NCBI RefSeq assembly: GCF_001194135.2
Contig: NC_068982.1
Location: 52,990,189 to 53,033,334 of the forward strand
Length of the DNA stretch: 43,146 bases
Direction of reading: 5' to 3'
From: Octopus bimaculoides
Taxonomy: Eukaryota
Shown: one piece after another, positions 11,475 through 22,764 of the stretch
Layout of the letters: each line of letters opens with the position of its first letter
Numbering within the stretch: position 1 is the stretch's first letter
Program-made: the position numbers and the translations under genes
Notes under the pieces: generated by a model
Databases searched by the model: none
What the model was told of the DNA's origin: nothing
The model's input: the letters and a program-made list of their open reading frames with translations, nothing else

Positions 11475-11510
<36 letters not shown>

Positions 11511-11807
11511 ATACATGCACTTACAAAACATAGACACACATAGAGGGATACGCATGCGTAGACACATACAATAAGAATACAAAATGGCTGATAGTTAGCA
11601 AGGTGGGACGCACATAAGAAAGCAAAGGACCACTGATGAGGCCACAGAAGTGTGACGAAAGAACTCTGGCTGAAATAGGATTAATGTGATGTAATATAAA
11701 GCTGAAGCAAATTAACACCAAATATACAGTGCGTGTGTTTTTATTGGCTAAACTAGCAATATCACCATCCCCAAATACAACAACAATATAAATATATATA
11801 TATTTTT

Positions 11808-12151
11808 TATAATATTTTGAATTTAGTATAATTTATCGAATGGTAGTTTTTTTTCTTGTTTTTTAAATATGAAGTAATATTATAAAAAGGTGTTTGTTTG
11901 AAATATAAATTAAAAATTACTGCTATTTTGGATTATTACAGACGCCCAACCAAAGAAGAAAACATGGATCAAAGTTTCATAATGAGGTGCACTAACCAAA
12001 ATGCAAAGCAGTAATTTTTAATTTTTAATATTTAATTTTAAACATACACCATTTTATAATATTACTTCATATTAAAAACAAAAAAACAAAACAAAACAAA
12101 AACAAAAAAAAGACTACCATTCGATTAATTATACTAAATTCGAAATTTATA
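11808..12151. repeat. Foldback / MITE-like inverted repeat
   Basis: Arms at about 11808-11923 and 12008-12151 are reverse complements (e.g. ATCGAATGGTAGT versus ACTACCATTCGAT), with a spacer of about 85 nt. Confidence 0.85.
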
Positions 12152-12536
12152 TCTCTGAAGAGTAGAAGAGTTGTGTATAAATGCTTATCAATATAGGATT
12201 CCATTATTAGGACAGTGCTTTTCTGAAACGATCGTAAGATGCTTTAAAACTTAATTCAAAATTTTTAAACTGACATTTTATTATTATTATATTATATATT
12301 GATACTTATACATATTTACATATATATTTTACATATAGTTTTAATACAACAATTATTCTACACATGTATATATCTAATACTGATTTCCTGATATTAATAA
12401 TAATATATTATGAAATGTATATATAATCGCTCGTATTAAATACATAAATATTTTAATAGTATTAATACTTTGATACAATAGAGCACTCAATATAAATTCA
12501 GTATATAATATTCTCATTGAATATATTTAACTAAAG

Positions 12537-12573
<37 letters not shown>

Positions 12574-12580
12574 CTTATAT

Positions 12581-12736
12581 AGGCGAAGGCATAGCTAAGA
12601 ATTTAAGAAACTCGCTTTGCAGCCATTTAGCTTAAGATTCAGTCCCATCGCGCGCCTACTGAACAAATGCCTTCTACCATAGCCCCGGACCGGCCATTTC
12701 CTTGTGTGTGAATTCGATAAACGGAAACTATGTGGA
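12581..12736 (+). mobile_element. SINE family B (tRNA head + CORE-like domain), decayed 5' part
   Basis: GGCATAGCT..TTCAGTCCCA..TTCTACCATAGCCCCGGACCG..ACGGAAACT; runs into a gap. Confidence 0.65.
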
Positions 12737-12963
12737 NNNNNNNNNNNNNNNNNNNNNNNNNNNNNNNNNNNNNNNNNNNNNNNNNNNNNNNNNNNNNNNN
12801 NNNNNNNNNNNNNNNNNNNNNNNNNNNNNNNNNNNNNNNNNNNNNNNNNNNNNNNNNNNNNNNNNNNNNNNNNNNNNNNNNNNNNNNNNNNNNNNNNNNN
12901 NNNNNNNNNNNNNNNNNNNNNNNNNNNNNNNNNNNNNNNNNNNNNNNNNNNNNNNNNNNNNNN

Positions 12964-13254
12964 AGGACTTATTTTTTGTAAGCCTAGTACTTATTCTATC
13001 GGTCTCTTTTGCCGAACTGCTAAGTTACGGGGACGTAAACACACCAGCATCGGTTGTCAAGCGATATTGGGGGAACAGACACAAATACATATATACGACA
13101 GGCTTCTTTCAGTTTCCGTCTACCAAATCCACTCACAAAGCTTTGGTCGGCCCGAGGCTATAGGAGAAGACACCTGCCCAAGGTGCAAAGCCAGTGGGAC
13201 TGAACCCGGAACCATGTGGTTAGTAAGCAAGTTACTTACCACACAGCCATTCCT
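12964..13254 (-). mobile_element. SINE family B
   Basis: Reverse complement reads TGGCTGTGTGGTAAG..GGTTCAGTCCCACTG..CACCTTGGGCAGGTGTCTTC..GGAAACTGAAAGAAG..TAAGTACTAGGCTTAC. Confidence 0.92.
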
Positions 13255-13700
13255 TAGCTGGGCATAAGTCCGTTAATCGTTAATTAACCAACTTAACATT
13301 TTCGTTAACGATTTAACTTTTAAGTTAACTTTGAAAATCATTATCGGTCTAATTACCTTGCATTACATTCAGCTTCCGTTAACTCAAGTCCGTTAACCCA
13401 AACACTTCATAAAAACCAGTAAACGTTTAAAAATTTCTATTGTTTTCAGATTGTCTTAGGTAGGATGCATTAAAATTTTCAATTTTAGTGTTTATCCAGA
13501 ATGTTATTGCTTTTACAACTGTTAATTAAATTTACCTGCCCATAAAAGTCAAATTTGCACAGCAAGATCAGCTAAAATTACATAATTATAAACCAGTGGT
13601 ATATAAAGTACCCTCTGACAAAATTTCAAATCTGTATGTACAAAATTTACAAAGTTACAAGCAAATATTGTGGACACCCCGCTTGAACCTGAATAATTCA
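13255..13700. mobile_element. Possible DNA-transposon (hAT-like MITE) end
   Basis: TAGCTGGGCATAAG start followed by clustered GTTAAC/TTAAC motifs. No partner TIR seen. Confidence 0.3.
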
Positions 13701-15064
13701 AAATAACGTGAACAAATAAGCATTACATTTGACAAGAACACTAAAGATGCTTTTTTTTTTGTGGGGGGAGGTCTTACACACACACATAACATAGCCTCAC
13801 TTGGTTGGGACTACACGTATGTTACTTTGACATCATCATTCCATAAAAAATATCAATATATGTGTGAGTGAGAAAGAAACGGGAAGCGAGGTTTTGGGGA
13901 TGTGCTAGAAACAACAACCAGATCTCCCTTAAATCACACATTTTCCTCTGAAATTATTAATTTTGTTTTAAACCGAAAATGTTTCTCTCACGGGTCTTAC
14001 ATGCGTAGTAAAAAAATGGCCAAAATCGTGATGGGGTAGCAGGAGTGAAAAAACATTTTCAAATTTTTCCTTTGTTTTCGTGAAAAGATGCTTCCCATCA
14101 TTCTGAAGACTATGGTGAAAAACATTGGAAAAATATCCCCGTCAAAATGCGGAAATTGCAACTTATGTGGGCCGTCTGATCCGAAACTCTGTTTTCCAGA
14201 AACTTCTCCCCACTTCCAAAAATTTTGCCTACAAATTTCTTTGCAATCGTAATCTACNNNNNNNNNNNNNNNNNNNNNNNNNNNNNNNNNNNNNNNNNNN
14301 NNNNNNNNNNNNNNNNNNNNNNNNNNNNNNNNNNNNNNNNNNNNNNNNNNNNNNNNNNNNNNNNNNNNNNNNNNNNNNNNNNNNNNNNNNNNNNNNNNNN
14401 NNNNNNNNNNNNNNNNNNNNNNNNNNNNNNNNNNNNNNNNNNNNNNNNNNNNNNNNNNNNNNNNNNNNNNNNNNNNNNNNNNNNNNNNNNNNNNNNNNNN
14501 NNNNNNNNNNNNNNNNNNNNNNNNNNNNNNNNNNNNNNNNNNNNNNNNNNNNNNNNNNNNNNNNNNNNNNNNNNNNNNNNNNNNNNNNNNNNNNNNNNNN
14601 NNNNNNNNNNNNNNNNNNNNNNNNNNNNNNNNNNNNNNNNNNNNNNNNNNNNNNNNNNNNNNNNNNNNNNNNNNNNNNNNNNNNNNNNNNNNNNNNNNNN
14701 NNNNNNNNNNNNNNNNNNNNNNNNNNNNNNNNNNNNNNNNNNNNNNNNNNNNNNNNNNNNNNNNNNNNNNNNNNNNNNNNNNNNNNNNNNNNNNNNNNNN
14801 NNNNNNNNNNNNNNNNNNNNNNNNNNNNNNNNNNNNNNNNNNNNNNNNNNNNNNNNNNNNNNNNNNNNNNNNNNNNNNNNNNNNNNNNNNNNNNNNNNNN
14901 NNNNNNNNNNNNNNNNNNNNNNNNNNNNNNNNNNNNNNNNNNNNNNNNNNNNNNNNNNNNNNNNNNNNNNNNNNNNNNNNNNNNNNNNNNNNNNNNNNNN
15001 NNNNNNNNNNNNNNNNNNNNNNNNNNNNNNNNNNNNNNNNNNNNNNNNNNNNNNNNNNNNNNNN

Positions 15065-17220
15065 AGGTAAACTATGCAAAATGGACTGTAAGATGAGGTA
15101 ACGAAAATTAAAAGTTACTTGGTAATCTTTGTTTTGTCTTTTGTTTCTTTATTGTTGTTACTGTTGGTCTTTTATGTGTCCTTTCATCGGGGTTTAAAGA
15201 ACTTTTGTTGGATAACATATTGATTTCGATTTAAATCTTTTTCAAGCGTTTTTGATGCTTATTTCGCTTTCCTCGTGAGCGACGTCAATTGCTAAGATAG
15301 TATTTCGCAAATCAATTTTCTTCTTTCTATGAGACATTTAGTTCGTGTACCTGTGCGTGTGTCTTTTTAAGTCAAGGACTGTGTGCTGAGTTCTAATCTA
15401 TTATTCATTTGCGGGTAGAATATATATATATATGAACAAGGCTTCCTTAATTCTTAAGTTGCCCACTGGCTTTAATGGTAACAGTAATGTGTTAGTTGAT
15501 GTTACTACATTTGTCAATGTGTTTTTTTTTCATGAGGATGCGCGTGTGTTGAGGTGTTCTTTAATGCGAGTGTGGAGTGTTCGAGTCGTGCTACCAATGT
15601 AGAACTTACATTTGTTGCATTTAATCTGGTATACCACGTGTGTCCGTTGGCACATACCTGTACCGCGGATAGAGCAATTAGTCAGCGAGCATTGATTGTT
15701 GTAGTCTCTGGATTGCTCTTTATACAGGTATCCACGCAGAGAAGGGCCGGAGTGTGCTAACTGTATGTCCAGTCCTTCATTGCGGATATCTGTGGTTATG
15801 CTTTCACTGAAATGTAGTAATTTCATGAAGCAGCTGTTGGAGGAGATCTTATGTCTGCGACGCTTTTGATTCTTAAGTCGATTCATTGTGGATATTGGGC
15901 ATCGTTCATCTTCGGTACATCTATGAAGTGCTCAGTGTGAGTGATCTAGTCCTCTGTCTTGCTATATTTGTTCCTGGTACGCTTAAGTTCATTTCTTATG
16001 TATCCGGTTTTAGCATCAAGGGGAAGAGCTGATCTGTAATACACAAACAGGTCTTTAATGGCAGGTTTCCTATAGAAGTTGGTATATATAGTATCTTCAT
16101 CTGTTATTCTAAGTTGGATGTCTAGCAGAGATAAGAAACCATTTTTATCGGGGTGTTCTGTAGTAAATCGTATGTTGTTATCTGTGTTTGAAAATGTCGA
16201 AGATATTTTGTCAGCCTTTTCTCGAGATGATGTAAAGATGAGTATATCATCTATGTATTGGGTGAAGAAAACACAGGAGTGGCAGGTGTTGAGCGCTCGA
16301 CGTTCCAGTTGGTTCATATAAGTGATGGCTAGAAGGCCTGAAAGACTGGACTCCGTGGGTAGGATTGTTGTTTGTTTGTATGTCTGGTGGTAGAAAGTGA
16401 AATATGTATTTTCAACGATGACTCATAGAAGCTGATGTATGTCTTGTGGAGTGAGGTCAAAGCAGTATATGTTGTATGAAATGATGCACTCAGTGACTAA
16501 GTTGACCGCTGGATGAGCGGGTACTGTCATGTAGAGGGAGACAACGTCGAGGGTAAAGGCATATAAGTTGAGTTTAAGTTAGTCAGGTTGTATTTTATGT
16601 AGTCTTTGTATGACTTCGTCGCAGCTGGTGATATGTCCAGGAAAAATAGCAAGTATAGGCTTGAGTATATGGGAGAGGAACCAGGAGATTTTATAGAGAA
16701 GTCCTTCTAGACTGGTGACAATTGGTCTAATCTGTAGATTCACACTGGTTTTGTGGGTTTTGATGAGGTAATAGAACGTTAGTAGTCTGCTGTTCCTGAC
16801 GATGAGGTTGTGTTTATATTTGTTAGGGAGTTGTCTACGCCTGCAGATATCCGTCCATGCAGTGTTGATGTGATGTTCAATGTGTAATGCAGTAATGTCT
16901 GTCACTTCTGTATATAGTTCACCGTTGTTAAGGTGCTCATATGCAAAGCTGTTATATGTGTCTCTCAAGATGACGCAGAATTCTTTCCCTTTGTCAGAAA
17001 GGAGGTATACGAGGTCCTTCTCTCGCATGTTGTTTAGAAGGAGTCGTTCTTTTCTGGAGAGATTAGGGAGTACATTCTAATGTTTCAGTAGTATACTAAA
17101 AATTAACTGCTGAAGTCTAGAGAGTTTGAGGTTAAGCTCTTGGTTGATCGGCGGCTGAGAGAGTGAGTGGTCTAAGTGGCATATTGGAAATTTATTATTG
17201 ATAGCTTTATGAAGGTAATG
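15065..17220 (-). mobile_element. Penelope-like element (RT + C-terminal GIY-YIG endonuclease), defective
   Basis: SDKGKEFCV, FYYLIKTHK, IRPIV, LDVVSLY, SSLSGLLAITYM, QYIDD, LSLLDI, FYRKP; then C..C..C..VVYQIKCNKCKFYIGSTTRTLHTRIKEH. In-frame TAA/TAG stops and a frameshift; ends approximate. Confidence 0.93.
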
Positions 17221-17225
17221 AGTTG

Positions 17226-17391
17226 GTACTTCGTTCGTCTTTAAGTTCCGAGTTCGAATTACACCGAGATCGAATTTGCCTTTCGAAAAAATAAATACTC
17301 GTTGAGTACTGTGATCGATATAATCGATTGGACCCCTTCCCCAGAATATCTGGCCTTGTGCCTCCAGTAGAAAGGATTATTTATAGCTTTA
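17226..17391 (+). mobile_element. SINE family A (headless)
   Basis: GAGTTCGAATT..GATCGATATAATCGATT..GGCCTTGTGCC..AGAAAGGATTATT. Confidence 0.85.
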
Positions 17392-17560
17392 TCTGCTTCG
17401 AGTTCCACCATTCCAAGAAGAATTATATGTATATACATACATACGTACACCCCTACCTCACACGAAACTGTATTTTCTCACTACTTAATGTACTGAATTA
17501 ACATGGTGGAGATGTTTGGTTGCAAGACAGTTCGTTAGATAGTTAACCCCAAGGGGTTTA

Positions 17561-17636
17561 TCGAAAAGAGATTAGAACGATTAATGAATGAGAGAAAACC
17601 ATCTCTCATTCATTAATCGTTCTAATCCCTTTCCGA
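17561..17636. other. Long hairpin (26-bp perfect stem, 6-nt loop)
   Basis: 17570-17595 GATTAGAACGATTAATGAATGAGAGA is the exact reverse complement of 17602-17627; the stem extends to 35 positions with 2 mismatches. Confidence 0.95.
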
Positions 17637-17890
17637 GTTAAGCTATTTCTTTCTGTATCGTACCGTGATTAAATGTAAATTATACATCTACGTTCAAATC
17701 TTGCTAAAGTTGTCTTTAGCGTTCATGTTTGCGGGGTGAATGAAATAAGTAAACAAAAGAAATATTTTATGGTGCCATCGATTCAATGTACCACATTCAC
17801 CCTTGACAAAATCTAAAACTTCGTATTTATTACACAGAAATGAAGTCACGTGGGAATGAATAAAATGAGAGATAGAAGATAGGTCATTGT

Positions 17891-18259
17891 TGTTGTTGGC
17901 ACTCCGTCGCTTACGACGTCGAGGGTTCCAGTTGATCCGATCAACGGAACAGCCTGCTCGTGAAATTAACGTGCAAGTGGCTGAGCACTCTACAGACACG
18001 TGTACCCTTAACGTAGTTCTCGGGGATATTCAGCGTGACACAGTGTGACAAGGCCGACCCTTTGAATTACAGGCACAACAGAAACAGGAAGCAAGAGTGA
18101 GAGAAAGTTGTGGTGAAAGAGTACAGCAGGGTTCGCCACCATCCCCTGCCGGAGCCTCATGGAGCTTTAGGTGTTTTCGGTCAATAAACACTCAGCGCCC
18201 GGTCTGGGAATCGAAACCGCGAGTCCGCTGCCCTAACCACTGGGCCATTGCGCCTCTAC
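17891..18259 (-). mobile_element. tRNA-derived SINE, family D, full length with TSD
   Basis: Head GGCGCAATGGCCCAGTGGTTAGGG..TTCGATTCCC, tail GACGGAGTGCCAACAACAA; 12-bp TSD ATAGGTCATTGT at 17879-17890 and 18260-18271. Confidence 0.92.
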
Positions 18260-18677
18260 ATAGGTCATTGTAGTGCCTTTACATTTCGCAAGGAAAGGAA
18301 CCACCCTTAATTCATTAGACAACTATATTTTAGTTTCTTTGCTTCGAATCTCTAAATCATTATTATTGATTCCAAATAATTGAGTAAGTGGGAATGGATT
18401 TGGGATATGAATTTACTGTAAGTTACACAGACATTGTGGATGCTGTGATTCTTTCGTAAACAAGTTTCTTAAAGTCTTCCAACAAAATGTCATGTTAGTT
18501 AAGACAAAATTCAGCTTCTTGTGTTAAAGTGGGGAGATCCTGAACATAAGTATAATTTCTGTAGCCTTTTAATGTGTTTATTAACCTAGGAGAATATGGT
18601 TAAGGGTAGTGAATCTGTAAGTCTGGTTTAGGTTAGTTTCTAATAATGATATTCTGGTTCTCTTTTATTGCTTTCAG

Positions 18678-18860
18678 TTACATAAATTGACAGGCAAAAC
18701 ATCTGGTCAGAAAAGATGGCATTTTGATCAGACCTATGATAACTGCGTGACGGTAGAGAACACAGAAAAAGCAGAAGAACCTAAGGAAAATACTGAAAAT
18801 TTTGATGAGATGGACACTTTAGAAAACGACGATTTTGATAACGAAGACGATTGTGTTTAA
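18678..18860 (+). CDS. Candidate terminal coding exon with acidic C-terminus, unknown protein
   Basis: TTCTAAT branch, pyrimidine tract and TTTCAG acceptor; open phase-0 frame LHKLTGKTSGQKRWHFDQTYDNCVTVENTEKAEEPKENTENFDEMDTLENDDFDNEDDCV*; AATAAA about 75 nt downstream. Confidence 0.5.
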   Translation, partial: LHKLTGKTSGQKRWHFDQTYDNCVTVENTEKAEEPKENTENFDEMDTLENDDFDNEDDCV

Positions 18861-19554
18861 AGAATATTTGTTGCGATAAATTCTTACTTTTGTTTGTTAA
18901 TGCATACATATCCTACACAAGCAAAATATACAGAATAAAGTTGTAGAAGCTGAAGAAGTTAGTGGTATGCAACAGCAAAAATTAATAAGAATTAGTTCAA
19001 ACAGTAGAATATGTTTCTTGCTGTAAAGAAAAATAGGTTAACGTTTCGGACACTTGTTATTCGGAGAGAGATGGAGGAGTGGGGGGGGGGAGAAACGAAG
19101 AGTAAGTCAGAGAAAGTGAGAAAGGATAAGTGAGAAGCGAGAAAAAAGAGAGATAAAGCGAAAGAGAAAGTGAAAGACAGATAGACAGACGGATGGATGG
19201 ATGGATCACCGTCTTGGAGGGTTTAGCCGAAGAAATCGACACCAGAACACACACACACACACGCGCGCGCGACGGGCTTCCTCAATAGAAACTTCAACAA
19301 AAAAAGTACTCCATCTGGAAACAGCTAAATATTATTTATCTAAAAGGCACAATTCACGTATTTAAGTGTTACTAATAGTTTCATATTGTTGAGAAAAACT
19401 CAAAGATATTCTTCAGGCGCAAACCACTATCCTCCTCTGACCTAGGTCAGAAATTTTCAGGGCATATACATTGCATGCATATGTATAAATATATTTTGAA
19501 GGATTGGAAAATTCCACCAACTGGCATACATACATACAAACCAAGAAAAATACC

Positions 19555-19655
19555 CTGTCATTGATATTGAAATTCCAGTGAAGGAGCCTTGAATCTAGGT
19601 TAGAAACCGGCTCTTTCTCTATTGACAAGAAATCTTGAAATAAAACTGAACAATG

Positions 19656-19656
<1 letters not shown>
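19555..19656 (+). mobile_element. Short 3'-UTR fragment related to RLE family 3
   Basis: GTGAAGGAGCCTTGAATCTAGGTTAGAAACCGGCTCT resembles the reverse complement of 19823-19872; preceded by (CATA)3 and followed by (CA)n. Confidence 0.55.
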
Positions 19657-19692
<36 letters not shown>

Positions 19693-19784
19693 AAAGGTCT
19701 AATTTCCAACCTGACTTGTTACTCTGATGTTTCCTCTTCTCTAGGGCGGGCATCTCTGGTTGCGTTACTATGTATGTATGTATG

Positions 19785-20743
19785 CATCTATATCTGCCTC
19801 TTCTATTTTTTAATTATCATAAATCTTCCACTGAGGAGAGAGCCGGTTTCCAACAAAGATACAAAGCTTCACCTATGGGATGTACTTAACACAGACAAAT
19901 TCACATTTAGATCTTGAGAAAAGTCTTGCATATTCTTACTGTCCCACTCACTGATTGAACTTGTAATATACGAATTAGCCGGTCAATTTCTCTTTCTGAA
20001 AATCCCAATTTATCCAGATTCTCCTTTAAGCATTTACTTACGAAACCTAGTGTTCCAGTTATTATTGGTATGAATATGAATTCATAGTCTGGATATAGAA
20101 GCTGGAGATTTCAAAACAGTTGTCCTTAGATATCCTCTCTTTTTTTTATTTTCAGAGATATTTATATCTGCAGGGCAGTTAACCTCTACGATGGTACATA
20201 CCTTTGCCCCTCTGTCCCAAACAACAATACCCGGCCTGTTATGCTTACATTTGACAGGAATTTTTGCCGAAGTAGTACCGTGACGACATTTTAGGACAGC
20301 CACTAATCACATGCGTAATGTCTTCCCCAGAAACATGACATAGCCTACATATGCGGTTGCACCTCGGGATTACAAGAGCGTCACTGTCTCTCTTGTTCAC
20401 CAAGTACTTTGTGGCAATCTCCTGTTCCTCGATTGCAAATGCATAGCCTTCAAAGTGTGATGTGATGCAGTGGTTTTGTGTACAAGAGAGGCTGCGCTTC
20501 GTGTCAATTCTACTGTCTCCTTCAAGCTTCCGGGTAACATACCCATGCATGGTATTTTTTTTTTTNNNNNNNNNNTGGTATTTTTTTTTTTTTGTATGCT
20601 GAGTGCTTCCCATGCTGAGTGCTTCCCATGCTGAGTGCTTCCCATCACGGTCTTCTCTGAGGTAAGCGAGCCAAGTTGTTTTGGGGCTATAAAAGAGATC
20701 ATCAGGAACAGAGCGTTTCTCGAGTTCACTGCCAGCTAGTACT
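19785..20743 (-). mobile_element. R4-like RLE non-LTR retrotransposon 3' fragment (family 3) embedded in (TATG)n
   Basis: FEGYAFAIEEQEIATKYL..CRLCHVSGEDITHVISGCPKMSSRYY (intact CCHC), HNRPGIVVWD..CTIVEVNCPAD, ending VSGTVRICKTFLKI* at 19907. (TATG)4 on both flanks. Confidence 0.88.
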
Positions 20744-22428
20744 TATGTATGTATGTATGTTTGTATTCCTTTCACGATCTGATCCTGGTCTATTATTAAG
20801 GGACCCATTGGAGTAATGGCACAAACACCCTGAGATACCGATACATTGAAACAGTCACACATTGCCACACATGCAGCCACGTAATATACATACCCTAACT
20901 CATGGACATGCATGGCCATGTTCAAACGCACGTGCACGCTCACACACTCACAACACATGAATACACCTCCTACATACACACACATTCACGTACATACAAA
21001 AGCACAGGGATACACCACTCCACATACACACACTCTCTACTGCACGCGCGCGCGCGCGGCTACACAGGTAGCACATATACACACTGACGAATATCCCACC
21101 GCATCCACACATGCAGATTCACGCAGAGACGTGAACACATACTCTCTCTCTCTTACACACACACATCTCCGAACATACTCCGAGAAACTGACATACAGTA
21201 AATTATCTCCCTTAACTTAAACAAGGGAGATAAATTAGTGCGTACAATTTTCAAACGTACCTCTGAACGGAAAAGAATTTAAGTTTCACAAGCATATGCT
21301 GTTGAATTATATAATATATGTCATATATTTATAGTAACTTTCCATAAACCTCCCTACATGTTTCCACATTAGTAGTGTTATTGTCACTTTAAGCAACAGA
21401 ACGGTCTTTGAGTAAACAGTTTTCGTATGTATATTCGAAATAGTAAATATCGAAACCCAAATTTTAAAATTTGCATTTTAAAATACAATCACACGAAATG
21501 TTTTCAATACACTAACGAGATGTTAAATATACATATATGTAATATTTCAATCAAAAAGAAATATTGTAGAAAAGCATCGAAATGCACTGCAGTCGTAAAC
21601 ATAGTAATTTAACGAAAGGTAATAAATTACTCCTTTAAAAAGGAGCGGTTTATACTTAACGTAATATAGTTAATGTGTAGTAAAAGAAGAAGCTTTACTT
21701 ACATACAACAATATCTGTTTGCATATTAGAACAAAAAAAGAAACAGGAAATTTTACAGAAGATATGAATATACAACGAAATTGTGTTACAAGGGAGGTCA
21801 CTCTTGCATAAAATAAATTTAGTTTGTTCCCTTTAATCATCTTTACATGGATTGTCGGTAATCTTTGTAGTGTAAAAGTTCTGACAAAACGCCAGAACTT
21901 TTTATATATTTTATTTTCTATGCAAATATAAATGATAAAAGAAATATCTGTTTATTTTTTAGGCGTCCACAGCGTTATTTTGACGGTGACTTATGTGAGA
22001 GTGTATGGCTGATATTCACTAAGCGACCCCGCTTAATTTATCTCCGCTGAGCAGAGCAACGAGAAATGAAGTACCAATGTTGAAGAATTCAACAGATTGT
22101 CCTGTCCGGAGATGTAACGCACGAAGTATCGATAGTGGATTCGATCTTCGGAAAGAGCAACCAGTGGCCTTCGTTCATGTGTATTTGACGTCGTTTTTAT
22201 CGCACTCAAAACTACAAACAGATAATATAGCCATTCATTTTGGGCGGGTATATGTACACACAAACCGACACACACACATCCTTCACCCTGCACGCGCGCA
22301 CACACACACACACATGTGCGCGCGCACAATCGTCAACATTTGTGAAAATACACATTTGCAAATCAAATTTATACAAACACATTCGGCAAATATACAGGCG
22401 TTGGTTACCTAACGTGTAGTATCTAGTT

Positions 22429-22764
22429 GAGGCTCATGGCTCAGTGGTTAGAGCATCGTGCTTACGGTCGTGAGGTTGTGAGTTCGATTCCCAGACCGGG
22501 CTGCATGTTGTGTTCTTGAGCAAGGCACTTTATTTCACGTTGCTCCAGTTCACTCAGCTGTAGAAATGAGTTGCGACGTCATTGGTGCCAAGCTGTATCA
22601 GCGTTTGCCTTTCCCTTGGATAACACCGGTGGCGTGGAGAGGGGAGGCTAGTATATGCATGGGCGACTGCTGGTCTTCCATAAAAACAAACTTGCCCGGA
22701 CTTGTGCCTGGGAGGGTAACTTTCTAGGTGCAATCCGATGGTCAGTCATGACCGAAGGGGGGTC
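22429..22764 (+). mobile_element. tRNA-derived SINE, family C
   Basis: A box TGGCTCAGTGG, B box GAGTTCGATTCCC, central TTCTTGAGCAAGGCACTTTATTTCACGTTGCTCCAG, and a distinct tail ending ATGACCGAAGGGGGGTC. Confidence 0.88.

Noticed and set aside
11942-11986. 45-nt in-frame exon candidate inside the foldback spacer
   Set aside because: Weak donor (GTGCAC), and the segment is better explained as a MITE interior.
13450-13459. 10-nt AG..GT microexon candidate
   Set aside because: Short pyrimidine tract, mediocre donor, and it lies inside a probable repeat.
15086-15106. Hammerhead-like CTGTAAGATGAGGTAACGAAA near the Penelope 3' end
   Set aside because: The CUGANGA box is broken, there are no stems, and it is on the strand opposite the element.
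15946-16581. Selenocysteine recoding of the Penelope ORF (as in some Naiad PLEs)
   Set aside because: The in-frame stops checked are TAA (16579) and TAG (15946), not TGA, and the endonuclease is C-terminal.
20548-20645. Duplicated TGGTATTTTT around a 10-N gap and a 16-bp triple repeat (ATGCTGAGTGCTTCCC)
   Set aside because: The first is a contig-overlap artefact; the second is a simple slippage duplication within a dead element.
21955-22250. Acceptor-like TTTTTTAG followed by GC-richer sequence
   Set aside because: No sustained open frame from the acceptor and no convincing donor.
22429-22500. tRNA gene
   Set aside because: The A/B boxes continue into a SINE body and tail with no complete cloverleaf; the same applies to the other SINE heads.
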